Positions 1 to 10,234 of a stretch of 64,000 nucleotides of DNA are shown here, piece by piece. The stretch's first letter is position 1, and every line of letters begins with the position of its first letter. Under the pieces are notes generated by a model that searched no databases, had not been told where the DNA came from, and was given only the letters and a program-made list of their open reading frames with translations. Where the stretch lies: the NCBI GenBank assembly GCA_963811315.1, contig CAWERH010000002.1:247-64246 (forward strand), given 5' to 3'. This stretch comes from an uncultured delta proteobacterium (lineage in GTDB: Bacteria > Desulfobacterota > Binatia > UBA9968). A program made the translations under genes and the position numbers.

Positions 1-627
1 TCCATACGCTTTCCAGCAAAGGCACGTCGCAGCTACTCTTGCTGTTCGGCGGTATCATTGGGTTGACGGAGTTGATGGAAGACCCGGTGGGTGGCATTTG
101 GCCGCGCGACTGGCCGATGGCGGCGCAGGTCGTGCTCGGGGTCGTCATGGCTGAATTCGGCCTCTACTGGGCGCACCGGATGGCGCATAAATGGCCGTTT
201 CTGTGGCGTTTCCATGCCGTCCATCACAGCGTCAACAAGCTCTAGGTCGTAAATACCGGCCGATTCCATTTTGTCGACTCGCTCTAAAAGATCGTCCCGG
301 GTATCGGCCTCTTATTTGTCCTGGGCGCGCCGCAAGTGGTGACATGTGGTTTCGCGCGTTCACCGCCTACATCGGCATCCTGACCCACTGCAACGTCGAA
401 ATGCGCTTCGGCTCGGCTGTCCTGGTTCTTCAACACGCCCGAGCTGCACCGCTGGCACCACAGCAAGGACTTGCGCGAGGCGAACAAGAATTACTGCGAG
501 AACATCATGCTGTGGGACTGATGTTCGGCACGTGTTTCAGCGAAAGCGCCGCCGCCCGCCGGCCAATATCGGCATTCGGAATCATGCCGCCGCGTTTTCG
601 TTGATCAAATCATGTGGCCGTTTTTGA
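1..627 (+). CDS. Sterol desaturase / fatty acid hydroxylase family protein (5' end outside window; frameshifted)
   Basis: His-box motifs YWAHRMAH and FHAVHHS in ORF 39..245, ILTHCNV in 191..604, and ELHRWHH readable at ~441-461; split over several frames; 3' end approximate. Confidence 0.8.
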
Positions 628-1065
628 GCCAGGAAGGCAAGCAACAGATCGAGGTGGGGTGTCATTTGGATCTCCTAAGGCATACAACGCACCGGCGAGC
701 ACAAGAAGCCTCAAGGCCGACCCAGGTCCGGCGGGGCGCGAAACGGTGCGAAAAAGATTGCAGGACTTGCTGATGAACGACGATTTCGAAATTTTACTCT
801 ATCAAGGACCCGGAGTTAGGCTTCCAGAACCGCGCCATCCACTCCATCGCCTACCCCGCCGGCGGGCGGTTTATCCGCGTCACCGGTACAAATCTAGAGA
901 ACATCGCGGGCGGCCGCTACAACAGCGAAGCGGGTACCATGGTGATAGAGAAACGGCCCAACTTTCGCGGTGCCGCGTGAATGACTAAAGTCAAAGATTT
1001 GACTCCACTCTTCATAGGCTATATCTCCGCTCGGAAAAAGATGGTTTAAATGTTCTATCCCGTCC

Positions 1066-1079
1066 CAAGTTATAACTTG
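1066..1079. promoter_or_regulatory. Perfect 14-bp palindrome CAAGTTATAACTTG, possible operator of the SBP gene
   Basis: Perfect inverted repeat 7 bp upstream of ATG 1087. Confidence 0.35.
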
Positions 1080-1086
1080 AGAACCA

Positions 1087-2105
1087 TGGCTATGCGCCGC
1101 CTATTGCTCATCGCGATTTTTTCGCTCGCGTTAAATTCTCTGTGCTCCAATTTTGCTCTCGGCGGCTGCCGCCAACAAAATCATTCTCGGCTACGCCAGC
1201 CCGGGCCGCGCCCTGCCGTTTTGGGTGGCGCAGGATATGGGACTTTTCAACAAGTATGGCGTTGATGTCGAATCGGTGTTTATTCGCGGCGCGCCAATTC
1301 TCGTCGCCGGCTTGGCAGCGGGCGACATCCAAGTCGGCAGCACCGGCGGCAGCGCGACGTTGGCCGCCGTCGCCGGCGGGCAGGACTTAAAAATCATCGC
1401 CACCTTTGGCAGCCGCAACAACTTCGACTTAATGGCTCAACCCAACATCAAAAAGCCAGGGACCTGCGCGGCAAGCGCATCGGTGTCACCAGCATCGGCG
1501 GCACGACCTGGATGGCATTGTTGCTTTGGCTCGAGCACTTCGGGCTCGATGTTCAGCGCGATAAGATGCAGCTCCAGGCACTCGGCGAACAGGCGGTGAC
1601 GGTGCAGGCCCTTGAGGCCGGTATAATCAATGCGGCGGTCCTGGACGGCATCAACTCGAGCCGAATCAAACCCAAGGGATTCACGGTTATCGGCGAATAC
1701 TCCGACCTCAAGCATCAATTCCTCAGCCAGGCTTTGGTGGTGCAACGAAGTTTTTTGCAGCAGCGCAGCGACACATTGGAGGCCTTGCTCAAGGCCGAAA
1801 TCGAAGCGGTAGCCTACATCTTGGCACCCAAGAACAAGACGGCGGCAATCAAAACATTGATGCGACGCATGAAAATCAATGCCGCGGGGGCCGAAGAGGG
1901 CTACCTTGACCTATTGCGCGTCTTGGAGCGCAAGCCGCTTCCGTCGGTCGAAAGCATGGTCCATGTGCAGCGCTTGATGAAAGCGCAGAATCCGAAAATC
2001 GGCGCTGTGAACCTCGATGAGCTCAACGACGCGCGCCTGATCAAGAAACTCGATGATAGCGGCTTTATCGATAAGGCATTCGCGGCACAGGGAATGAAAC
2101 CGTAA
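1087..2105 (+). CDS. ABC-type substrate-binding protein, NMT1/THI5/SsuA-like (frameshifted)
   Basis: Signal-like MRRLLLIAIFSLAL, then LPFWVAQDMGLFNKYGVDVE (1153..1599) and C-terminal DARLIKKLDDSGFIDK (1512..2105); indels near 1140 and 1460. Confidence 0.85.
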
Positions 2106-2192
2106 AGATCTGTATGCTGCGAGCGAAGAATAAACAGTTCGCGCGTTTCGGATGAACTCGGGTTGAAAACATCAAGATTCAAGACTTGACCC
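2066..2192 (+). repeat. Direct repeat copy 1 (~127 bp; 3' end of SBP gene plus downstream sequence ending TCAAGACTTGACCC)
   Basis: Matches 7168..7293; first 40 bp identical, about 11 differences overall by manual alignment. Confidence 0.95.
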
Positions 2193-2255
2193 TGCGTCCT
2201 GACACGGAATGCACACCTGAACCGTTTCCGCCGCGTTCCACGTCCTGCACATGAC

Positions 2256-5200
2256 CTACTCGAAGCGCTCATTTCGTTCACGACTGTGTCGTCTTTCCCT
2301 CTCCCGCTCGGCTCTTATCGATTCCTGAAGTTCCGAACACTCGGCTTTAGCCCACGCTCGGATCTGAGAGTTTTCATGGTTCTCAAGACTCTGAAACAGA
2401 ATTAACCGCTTCTGCAGAATTTCCGCGAGTGATCCGCTCCATGACCGTGGTCTTATTCCTGCTGCGATATGTTTGAGAACAGGTTCCAAATTTGGTGCCC
2501 TCTTGAAGATCTCAAATACGATATTTTTCCATTCGAGGTTGTCTGTTTCAGCGGCTTTCGTGAAGGGAGAAATCGCGGATGTAATTGTTGGATACCGTAC
2601 GTTGGATCGGCCTCACACCAGGAAAGAAGCTCATCGTCTGAAATCTGAGCCAAAGGATCGCCGTATCTCTCCAACTGATAGCCAAACCTTCGACGTCGTT
2701 GTCTTGAGTCGATCGTATCTCCCCCTAAAAAGACATCCAGAAAAACTCTCGGCTGAGTTTTAGCAATACTGTCCAACAGTCTAGGGTAATCCGATGCCAA
2801 CACTTGTTTTTTCATAATTGCCCTAGCGAGTTTTCGGCTAATTTGTGTTGCAGTAGCTATCCCTTCCTCACCGGTCAGACAGATGCGAGTTAACTCCGCC
2901 AAATTCAGATCATGATTGTCTTGCCTCCTTAATTTTTCATCGAAGGCATGTTCCACGAGCAAGTCTCGCGAGATAGCTATCAAACTCGCGGAAATTTTGG
3001 GGGACTGTTTGTTCCTACCATGAAATCTCATTTGGAGAATCTCCATGGCCACGTCAGCACCTCTTTGCTTCGAGAGAATTTTACTTAGTAGCTCAGCTAA
3101 ATCATCATCACTTATAGATTTATGTGCCCGACCCCAGGCAAGATATTTGAACACTTCAACCTGAGCTTTCCCCAAATTCAGCGCAGCATGCAGTCGTTCG
3201 ATACCGCGGCGGTCTATTGTTCCGGTTGTCTGGAAAATCGGAAACCATTCACCGAGAACATCGTCGTTAATAAGAAATCAAGTGCGGCGTTGTAAAAGAC
3301 TGGGTCATTCTGAGCGGACGTACAAAGAAATCCTAAAAGAACGCTGAGGTTCCGCTCCTCCCGAGATGTCTTTTTGGTCTCAGCACATATCATTTGGAAC
3401 ATCTCGTTCCGGTCTTTGCATCCATCCGAGAGTCCAGAACCAAACGCGGGTAGTCTCGAACCACGCGATGAAACAAGCTCGGGCAATAACGTGTTCAACA
3501 TTTCAGGGTTTTGCGCGACTTCTGCTCCTATTTTGCGAGTCGTCTCTTCCGCTTTATGGTAAATCGCAGATCCGTCACTATCGTCGGGAAGATCATCCGC
3601 GAGATCAATGTCCCGGTATCCGTCTGAGAGAGCAAATACGCGTGCTTGTTGCAGTAGGTCGATTGGCTAAAAGCTTGCCAAGCTGAATAAGTCTTTGCCG
3701 GAGTGCATCGACCATACGCTGGCCGTCGTATCGAAGAGCCTCTCGAACAGCGATCCAACCGTCATTCCATCCCCCTTTTCTAATTTGTCTTGCTGAATTC
3801 TCCAGCACGTTGAACATGCCGGCTCTCGTCCACAATCCGCGGAAATTGTTCGCCAATAATTTTCGGACTTCTCCTGCCAGCGGGTGCTCAGAAACTGCAA
3901 CACGCGTACAAATGTTGATGAAAGACTCAGTACCAAGCAGCGATCTCTTCTGGCGTGTTTGGTTCGTAACCGTAGTCTCTTGGTCTGGCGCCAAATTCAA
4001 ACTGGTGATGGGAACTAAAATGCCACGCTTCCAGCGCGCCGTCGAGAAGGGTTGCCCTAGGGACTGCCTGTCCTGATTCTGTGAATCCAAGAGCTCTTCG
4101 ATGATTTTGACCCGTGCTTCCAGTGGGGCATGTGTACCTGACAAATAGATGTAGAACAGAGATTTTAAAACCTCCCGAATTGAGTTGTTATTTTCGTCTC
4201 TGTCCTCCGAAAATGCGAAACGGCAGATCAACTTAACACTTCTATCGAACAACGCCGCATCATAAGCCAAATGCCGCAGAAGGCGAACGAATTCAGCGTG
4301 ATGAAGAATTTTCTCGTGAGGTAAACAACGCTCCGTCAGGACCGTTAGCAACGCGCTCTAAGGCATCTAACGTTTCCTCAGTTGCAACCGGTGCAACGTT
4401 TCTCAGAACCGTATTTTCAAGATCACTGAGATTCTTTAATGATTGCCCGATCCATCCAGCATCTTTAAGCCAGTCCCTAACAATCTCCTTCGCAACGTCA
4501 GAATCGTGTAGAAAGCTCAGCCGGCGCGTAAAAGATTTTATTAGACGATCAGAGCCGCTGGTTAGAATTTTGGTAACGACTGTCGTTTTCGGTATTGACT
4601 CCAGCGCGCGTTTGGCAAGTCTGTTAGCGACAGCATGAGGCAGTACGGCTCTCCAAATTCCTCGGGCTTGAACGAGATCACGGTTCTTCAGCTCGGCCAC
4701 GTCGCTATAAAGCTCGGCGGCAGACTTACCCGGAAGCGATGCCAAAACCTGGAGCTCCGAATCGTCAGAAACGTTAACACCGTCGAGCGAATAAAGGAGA
4801 GAAAGGACTTCCGCAGACTTGAGCAAGCTTTGAGTGGGATCATGCCTTTGCCAAAATAGCCGTTTGAAAAGCTCCTCATCACGTAACCCCGATACCGTTT
4901 CGCCGTGTTGTACAGTATTCGCGAGGGCAATAGCCAGACGCGCATTCCCGCCAGAAAATTCTGCGATGCTGCGAGCATCGACTTGGCCGATGTGCGGGTA
5001 TCGTTTGCTTATCAGTCTCTCAATAATCTGTTCGCTAGCGGGTTCTAACCTAAATACGTTTGTTTCCTCCGGAAGATCGTCCCAAACATCATATTCAATG
5101 GTTAACAAACTAACGGTGCTTTCCGGTTTACTACAGATGACTGTTAGCTGACGGTGTAACTCAGGCGGACAGTTGTCGACAATTAGAAATGCTTTTGTTC

Positions 5201-6080
5201 TGGCGGCGATGAGTTGGTTAGCAAAGTTGCACGGGTCGGGGACGGGTCTAATGCAGCGTCCGTATAAAAAACTTCAGTAGGGTTAGTGCGTGCTCTCCCA
5301 CACGTTGATCGAACAACGCCTGAGCCAAACGTGTCTTTCCTACGCCAGACAAACCGGTCAACCGCACAGACGGTCCCGACGTCTGTAGAGTGGTCCTAAG
5401 CTTCAACAGACCATCTACGATAGAAAGACCTTGATCTTGGTCTCCTGTGCTGTCGTGCAAGCGCAGCCCGTCATCCAAAAGGTATTCTTCGTCTACTCCT
5501 CCCTGAACGTTCGCCCAATTCTCATATGGACGCCAGCCAGTTAACGGTCGTCCGATCTTACTCCGCACCCACAATATCAAAGATCCATGTGAGCGGACCC
5601 ATGTAGCAATCCTTCCTCGATCGTAGAAGTCCAAATGAAGACTCTCATGGCCCGGTTCGCCCCCTCACCGCCTCCTTCATCGCATCAATACGACTCTTTA
5701 ACGCAGCATCTGAAGTCGAGCCGGAAGCACTACATAATGTACGCTCCTTCTGTATTGATGAGTCTCTTTTTATTTCATCCCGCAGGGCGCCTTTCTTACG
5801 CATCTCATCGAGAATTTTAGCTTTTGGCATATCGGGCTTTTTGACTTGAAAGCCGGTAATGCTCCTGGGGACAAAACTGTTAGCTGGCGGTGGCAAATCA
5901 TCGCGAACAACAACATCTAACCCCCATCACCCGCATCCTGATTGCCGCCCAAGTGATACCGCGCGTTGATCTTCCCGCCCGTCGATAATCGGCCTCACAC
6001 AGCTGTCCTATTAATGTGCGAAGATCTGTATCATTGAGCCGGGCGATATCATCACCGAGAATTTCGAGCAGTTCCGCCAT
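2256..6080 (-). CDS. Large (~1270 aa) protein: N-terminal PD-(D/E)XK/Mrr-like nuclease domain, STAND-like P-loop ATPase, long helical C-terminus (frameshifted; candidate defence gene)
   Basis: Chain of abutting or overlapping minus-strand ORFs from 5898..6080 to 2256..2489; motifs DGGLDV...GFQVK (across an indel), Walker A GLSGVGKT, Walker B FLIVDNC (~5170-5190), LLTIEYD, FSGGNARLA; visibly more AT-rich than the flanks. Confidence 0.8.
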
Positions 6081-6105
6081 CTAAGACCTCATATTAGTAC
6101 GGAAA

Positions 6106-6420
6106 CTAATCGTGACAGACTTGCCTAAGTCTATTAACTTCTGCAAGCGCCCTAGCGACATTGAACGGATGACAAGCAAGAAAGTTCGTCACCTGCGAAG
6201 CGAGATAGCCCTGCTTCCAACCACGGCTTACGCGGATGAAGCGGTCCCGGGCTTTTACGACGTTTGCCAGCCGACTTTGCGGAGCAATATCTCGGCTGGA
6301 ACTCCCCGACTTCGCCTTCACTCTGTTGACTAGATCCTTCAGCGACACCCGTCGGGAGATAGGAGACAGGAGTGGTCTTTCCTGAGATCTTCTTCACAAA
6401 ACCCTTGGGTTTTAAAAATG
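6106..6420 (-). pseudogene. Probable C-terminal relic of a REP-associated (Y1/RAYT-like) transposase with DnaA-C-like HTH
   Basis: KGFVKKI...SLKDLVNRVKAKSG...SRLANVVKARDRFIRV...GYLASQVTNFLACHPFNVARAL resembles the Bac_DnaA_C-like tail of some Y1 transposases; no HUH domain seen. Confidence 0.45.
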
Positions 6421-6526
6421 GCGGCCCATTTCCGGGATGCAATTCGGCTCGGTAATTGACATTTCGCTCCTTCCCGGATGAACGCTACATAACGAGTTTA
6501 TAATTCTGCTGTATTGTCTAGGTCCA

Positions 6527-6571
6527 ATACAAAATACTTATATCACTGTCATAATTTTTGCTTATATCACT
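6527..6571. promoter_or_regulatory. Tandem LysR-type boxes (ATA-N9-TAT twice; CTTATATCACT direct repeat)
   Basis: ATACAAAATACTTAT and ATAATTTTTGCTTAT, 24 bp apart in an AT-rich intergenic stretch. Confidence 0.35.
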
Positions 6572-6780
6572 TGATCTTCGGCTGCCGGTTTAGGGCACGA
6601 TCTTCTGATCGTGGGCAGGGAAATACTTGAAAGAGAGTGATCGAGTAATCGACGACCAATCATGTCAGACTTACTCAATCTTCTAAGGGCCCCCCCGGAC
6701 TGATATTTGAACAATGGCGAGCGCCACCTCGATCATCGACTCGTCGGTCTGACGCCGGCGTAGCTGGCCGGGCGCGCTGT

Positions 6781-7167
6781 TCAGTCGACCACCGATCGAT
6801 CGGGAACGAGCGACCGCTGGACCCACTGGAACATCCGCCATCCGACGGGGTCAGGGGCGAGTGTCGACGCTGCAAGGGCAGCGGCCGCGTCAGAGATCGG
6901 TCGCCCGTTCGGCGCTTTCACGTGGACCTCAGCCACCCGTTCGGCCATGACAAACCATCCGATCGATTCCTCCACCGACCGGCCGACCGTGAGCAGGCCG
7001 TGGTTGCGCAGGATGCAGAACTTCCTGTTGCCGAGCGCCGCGGCGATGCGCTTGCCGCCATCGATCGAAAGCACCTCCACCTCCTCATCGTCGAAGAGGG
7101 CCTGGTCGAACACGAAGGCGCACGCCTCCTGACTGAGCGCACGAAACGGCTCGACGTTGGCCGACCA
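6781..7167 (-). pseudogene. Class II aldolase/adducin family, 3' half only
   Basis: ILRNHGLLTVGRSVEESIGWF motif; homology-like sequence begins abruptly at the border of repeat copy 2; markedly GC-richer than its neighbours. Confidence 0.8.
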
Positions 7168-7293
7168 TATCGATAAGGCATTCGCGGCACAGGGAATGAA
7201 ACCGTAAGATCTATATGCTGCGAGGGAAGGAAACACAGCTCGTGCGTTTCGGATGACCTCGGGTTGAAAACATCAAGATTCAAGATTTCACCC
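7168..7293 (+). repeat. Direct repeat copy 2 (ends TCAAGATTTCACCC)
   Basis: Matches 2066..2192. Confidence 0.95.
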
Positions 7294-7359
7294 CGGTATC
7301 AAATTTGCCCAAAGAATCTCTGATAAAAGAACGCGGGATCAACTATTCCTGGATGAGGC

Positions 7360-7971
7360 TCACCCACATGCATCAAACTTACTGCCTCTTTTGGTCTCAA
7401 CGGTAAACTCTCCACCCGCAACACCTCCGTGTATGGTGACAGATGTGAATAGAGCTTGGAGTAGAGTTCCGTAGTGGCTCGCCTCGCGTGGGTGCTGGAT
7501 CCTAGCTAGACTGACTACTTGGTTCTTCCACGCCGTAAATGCTTCATTGTCAGCGAAGCTGGGATCGGCGAGATGAAGGGTGCTGCCTTCCCGCAAAACG
7601 ATTGTTTCTGTCGATATCGATAGCTCTGGCGAGGTAATCGACTGACTCAGCTTCACGAACTCATCTCGGATTCGGTCGCAATCAAAGGTCAAGCCTGCCG
7701 CAGAATGCTCATCGTAAAAGCGGTTTGGATCTCGCTTGTATCGGACATAGTCCCCGAGTGTAACAACGTGATACTTATAAACACCGATCAACTTGGCAAA
7801 TGGATGGCTCCACCCAATGAATCTGAAGTAAAAGTAGGTCGCTGGTAACGCAATGATCACGAGCATCGCGGCGATCTGCCTCGTTCGGGGGAGCAGAGAG
7901 TTCTTATGCGAGCCGGTTAATCGTTTCGTCTTTGCGAGACCAAGGGTCCGTGACCCCTTTGCTTCCTTCAT
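7360..7971 (-). CDS. Hypothetical protein with one N-terminal transmembrane segment
   Basis: 203-aa ORF; hydrophobic IAAMLVIIALPATYFYF; no recognised family. Confidence 0.55.
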   Translation of the reverse strand: MKEAKGSRTLGLAKTKRLTGSHKNSLLPRTRQIAAMLVIIALPATYFYFRFIGWSHPFAKLIGVYKYHVVTLGDYVRYKRDPNRFYDEHSAAGLTFDCDRIRDEFVKLSQSITSPELSISTETIVLREGSTLHLADPSFADNEAFTAWKNQVVSLARIQHPREASHYGTLLQALFTSVTIHGGVAGGEFTVETKRGSKFDACG

Positions 7972-8086
7972 GGCCTTGAATATGGAGAAACCGACGATCC
8001 GGATGGTTCCATGATCAGATCGATTTGCGATGTTTTCCGATTAGCTACTTCGCTGCCGTCTACTTATCGGCAAGAGCAAGACGCGG

Positions 8087-9079
8087 TTAGCGATTCAATT
8101 GCAACCTTGGGCGCGAAACTTTGAGCGCGTCCGGGTTGGCGACATGGCTGGGTTGGCCGCGAAAATAATTCAAAATGTTCTCCACTGACATGGTGGCGGC
8201 GCGGCGAAATGTTTCCCTGGTTTGCCATGCCATATGCGGTGTCAGAACAGTTCGCGGTGCGTCGAGCATTGGATCGTTCATCGACACAGGCAAGGGATCG
8301 CACAAATCCATCGCGGCTCCGGCCAATCGCCCCGCCTTAAGGGCGTCGGCTAGATTTTGGCGATTGACGATGCCGGCGCGCGAAATATCGACCAGCAGGG
8401 CGGTCGGTTTCATCAGGGCCAAGCGCGCTGCGTTGACAAAATTATCCGATAACGCGCTGTAACGCAGGTGGACCGACAGAATATCGGAGCTCCGAAAGAG
8501 CTCTTCTTCACTGACGAGTCGAGCATGCGCTGCGGCGGCGCGCTCGGGTGTGAGGGTGGGTCCCCACGCGATCAAATTCACGTCGAAAGCCGCCATCCGC
8601 GCGGCCACACCGCTGCCGATGCGGCCCAAGCCTAAAATTCCAAAATTGTTTCCGGCGAGATTGAACGCGGTCACCGGCTCCCAGATCCGCCGGCGCAACG
8701 CGCTGTCCGCGCTGACGATATGACGCGCCAGGGTAAGCACGAGCGCGCAAACGTGATCGGCTACCGCCGAGGTCGAGCCCCCGGGAGTATTCGCAACGAT
8801 GATGCCCAATCGGGTCGCCGCTTCGATATCGATGCGATGAGGCCCCGTTGTCGCGATCATCTCCAGATCGGGCAACTGGCTCAGAGTCTCTTCATCGAGG
8901 GCAGCTCTGCCGCGAAATTCTAAAACCGCGCGGGCGCCGCGCAATCGGCGGATGAGGATTTCTCGGGGCGGATCCAACTCGTTGAATATTTCGATCGAGC
9001 CGAGAGCTTCCAACTTCTTCAACTCGCCGCTTCTTTCGATCTCGCCTTCGAGATCACCGCAAACTACAATATCGGCCAT
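8087..9079 (-). CDS. D-isomer-specific 2-hydroxyacid dehydrogenase (SerA-like family)
   Basis: GILGLGRIG NAD-binding motif, MKPTALLVDISRAGIV, LTPHMAW. Confidence 0.92.
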   Translation of the reverse strand: MADIVVCGDLEGEIERSGELKKLEALGSIEIFNELDPPREILIRRLRGARAVLEFRGRAALDEETLSQLPDLEMIATTGPHRIDIEAATRLGIIVANTPGGSTSAVADHVCALVLTLARHIVSADSALRRRIWEPVTAFNLAGNNFGILGLGRIGSGVAARMAAFDVNLIAWGPTLTPERAAAAHARLVSEEELFRSSDILSVHLRYSALSDNFVNAARLALMKPTALLVDISRAGIVNRQNLADALKAGRLAGAAMDLCDPLPVSMNDPMLDAPRTVLTPHMAWQTRETFRRAATMSVENILNYFRGQPSHVANPDALKVSRPRLQLNR

Positions 9080-9099
9080 GTCGTTTCTTACAGTGATTC

Positions 9100-9135
9100 G
9101 TTCGAACGGTTCAAGCCGTTGCAATGGTTCAGCAG
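9100..9135. repeat. Degenerate GTTCAA-type 9-mer tandem repeat
   Basis: GTTCGAACG GTTCAAGCC GTTGCAATG GTTCAGCAG. Confidence 0.55.
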
Positions 9136-9177
9136 GCTAAGTTCCGAAGCGTTATTGCCAACCTAGCAAAATCAACT

Positions 9178-10188
9178 TCACTTCCCGCCAAAAATTTCGC
9201 GGAAAAGTTTCTGATAGTCGCTAACCTTCTCACCGATCTCCGGATCGGTGACCTGTAGTTTCACGTTCGTTGGCGCCCATGGCACCGTGATGCCTTTGCG
9301 GGTCGGTTGGAGGTTGTTCATTTGGTAGATGCGTTGGCCTTCTTCCGATAAGAGAAAATCCATGAACAGCCGCGCGGCATTGGGGTGCGGCGCGTTCTTG
9401 TTGATCGCTCCGGCGATGGTATGGACGATAGTCGGATCGAAAGCGATCCATTCGATCGGCGCGCCGGCTTTCTTGGACCGCTCGATATCGTCGGCATAAA
9501 GATCGATGGCCAGCGGGATCTCCCCCGCCGTTACCAGATTGGAAAGCAGCGTCGTGCTGGCGCGCAAGCTTACCTCTTGGCGCGCCAAACGGCGCATGAA
9601 TTCCATGCCCTGTTTTTCTCCCTTGATCTTGAGCACGTTAACAAACCACACGTAGGCGGCGTCTTCCAGTCCGAGTTTGCCTCTCCATTTGGGATCGAGC
9701 AGATCGTCGTAACTGTGAGGCAAATCGCTCTTAGCAACGAGGCGAGTATTGTAAGCTGGCGCGTGTACGGCAGTGTAAAGAGAGGTGTAGAAGCCGTCGC
9801 GATCTTTGAATTCGTTGGGAATCTGATTTCGCTCCGGCGGCTCGTATTTCGCCAATAGCCCCTTTTTCTTGAAGATATCGATGTACCAGTCCGTCGTGCG
9901 CACGATGTCGAAGGTGTGCTTGCCGGCGCGGCTTTCAGTCTCGAAGCGCACCAGCAAGCGCTGGCTTTGCACGCGAGTTTTTTTCGCCTGAATGAAAGGA
10001 TACTTTTTCATGAAGGCGCGGTTCATGCTCTCGTCGATCTCGGCCGAACCGCCGCCGGCCCAGATTATTTCGCCTTCGGCTTTTGCCGTGTCGACGACAC
10101 TCGGCGCAGCCGCCGATGCGCGGTTAGCAACAAATAAGGCGCACAACAGACCAAGGGTCGCGAAGCGCAGGAGATGGCCGATCGTCAT
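9178..10188 (-). CDS. Extracellular solute-binding protein (Fe3+/thiamine/AfuA-like family)
   Basis: Signal peptide, AYNTRLV..P.SYDDLLDPKWRGK, NAPHPNAARLFMDFLLSEEGQ; AGGAG upstream of ATG 10188. Confidence 0.9.
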   Translation of the reverse strand: MTIGHLLRFATLGLLCALFVANRASAAAPSVVDTAKAEGEIIWAGGGSAEIDESMNRAFMKKYPFIQAKKTRVQSQRLLVRFETESRAGKHTFDIVRTTDWYIDIFKKKGLLAKYEPPERNQIPNEFKDRDGFYTSLYTAVHAPAYNTRLVAKSDLPHSYDDLLDPKWRGKLGLEDAAYVWFVNVLKIKGEKQGMEFMRRLARQEVSLRASTTLLSNLVTAGEIPLAIDLYADDIERSKKAGAPIEWIAFDPTIVHTIAGAINKNAPHPNAARLFMDFLLSEEGQRIYQMNNLQPTRKGITVPWAPTNVKLQVTDPEIGEKVSDYQKLFREIFGGK

Positions 10189-10234
10189 AAATGCTCCTAG
10201 AACACTCCCGACCGGAGTGTCGGGGTGAAGTGTC

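Noticed and set aside
614-988. ORF containing MNDDFEILLYQG, faintly like the N-terminus of RhuM-type proteins
   Set aside because: Similarity limited to a few residues; the rest is unrecognisable.
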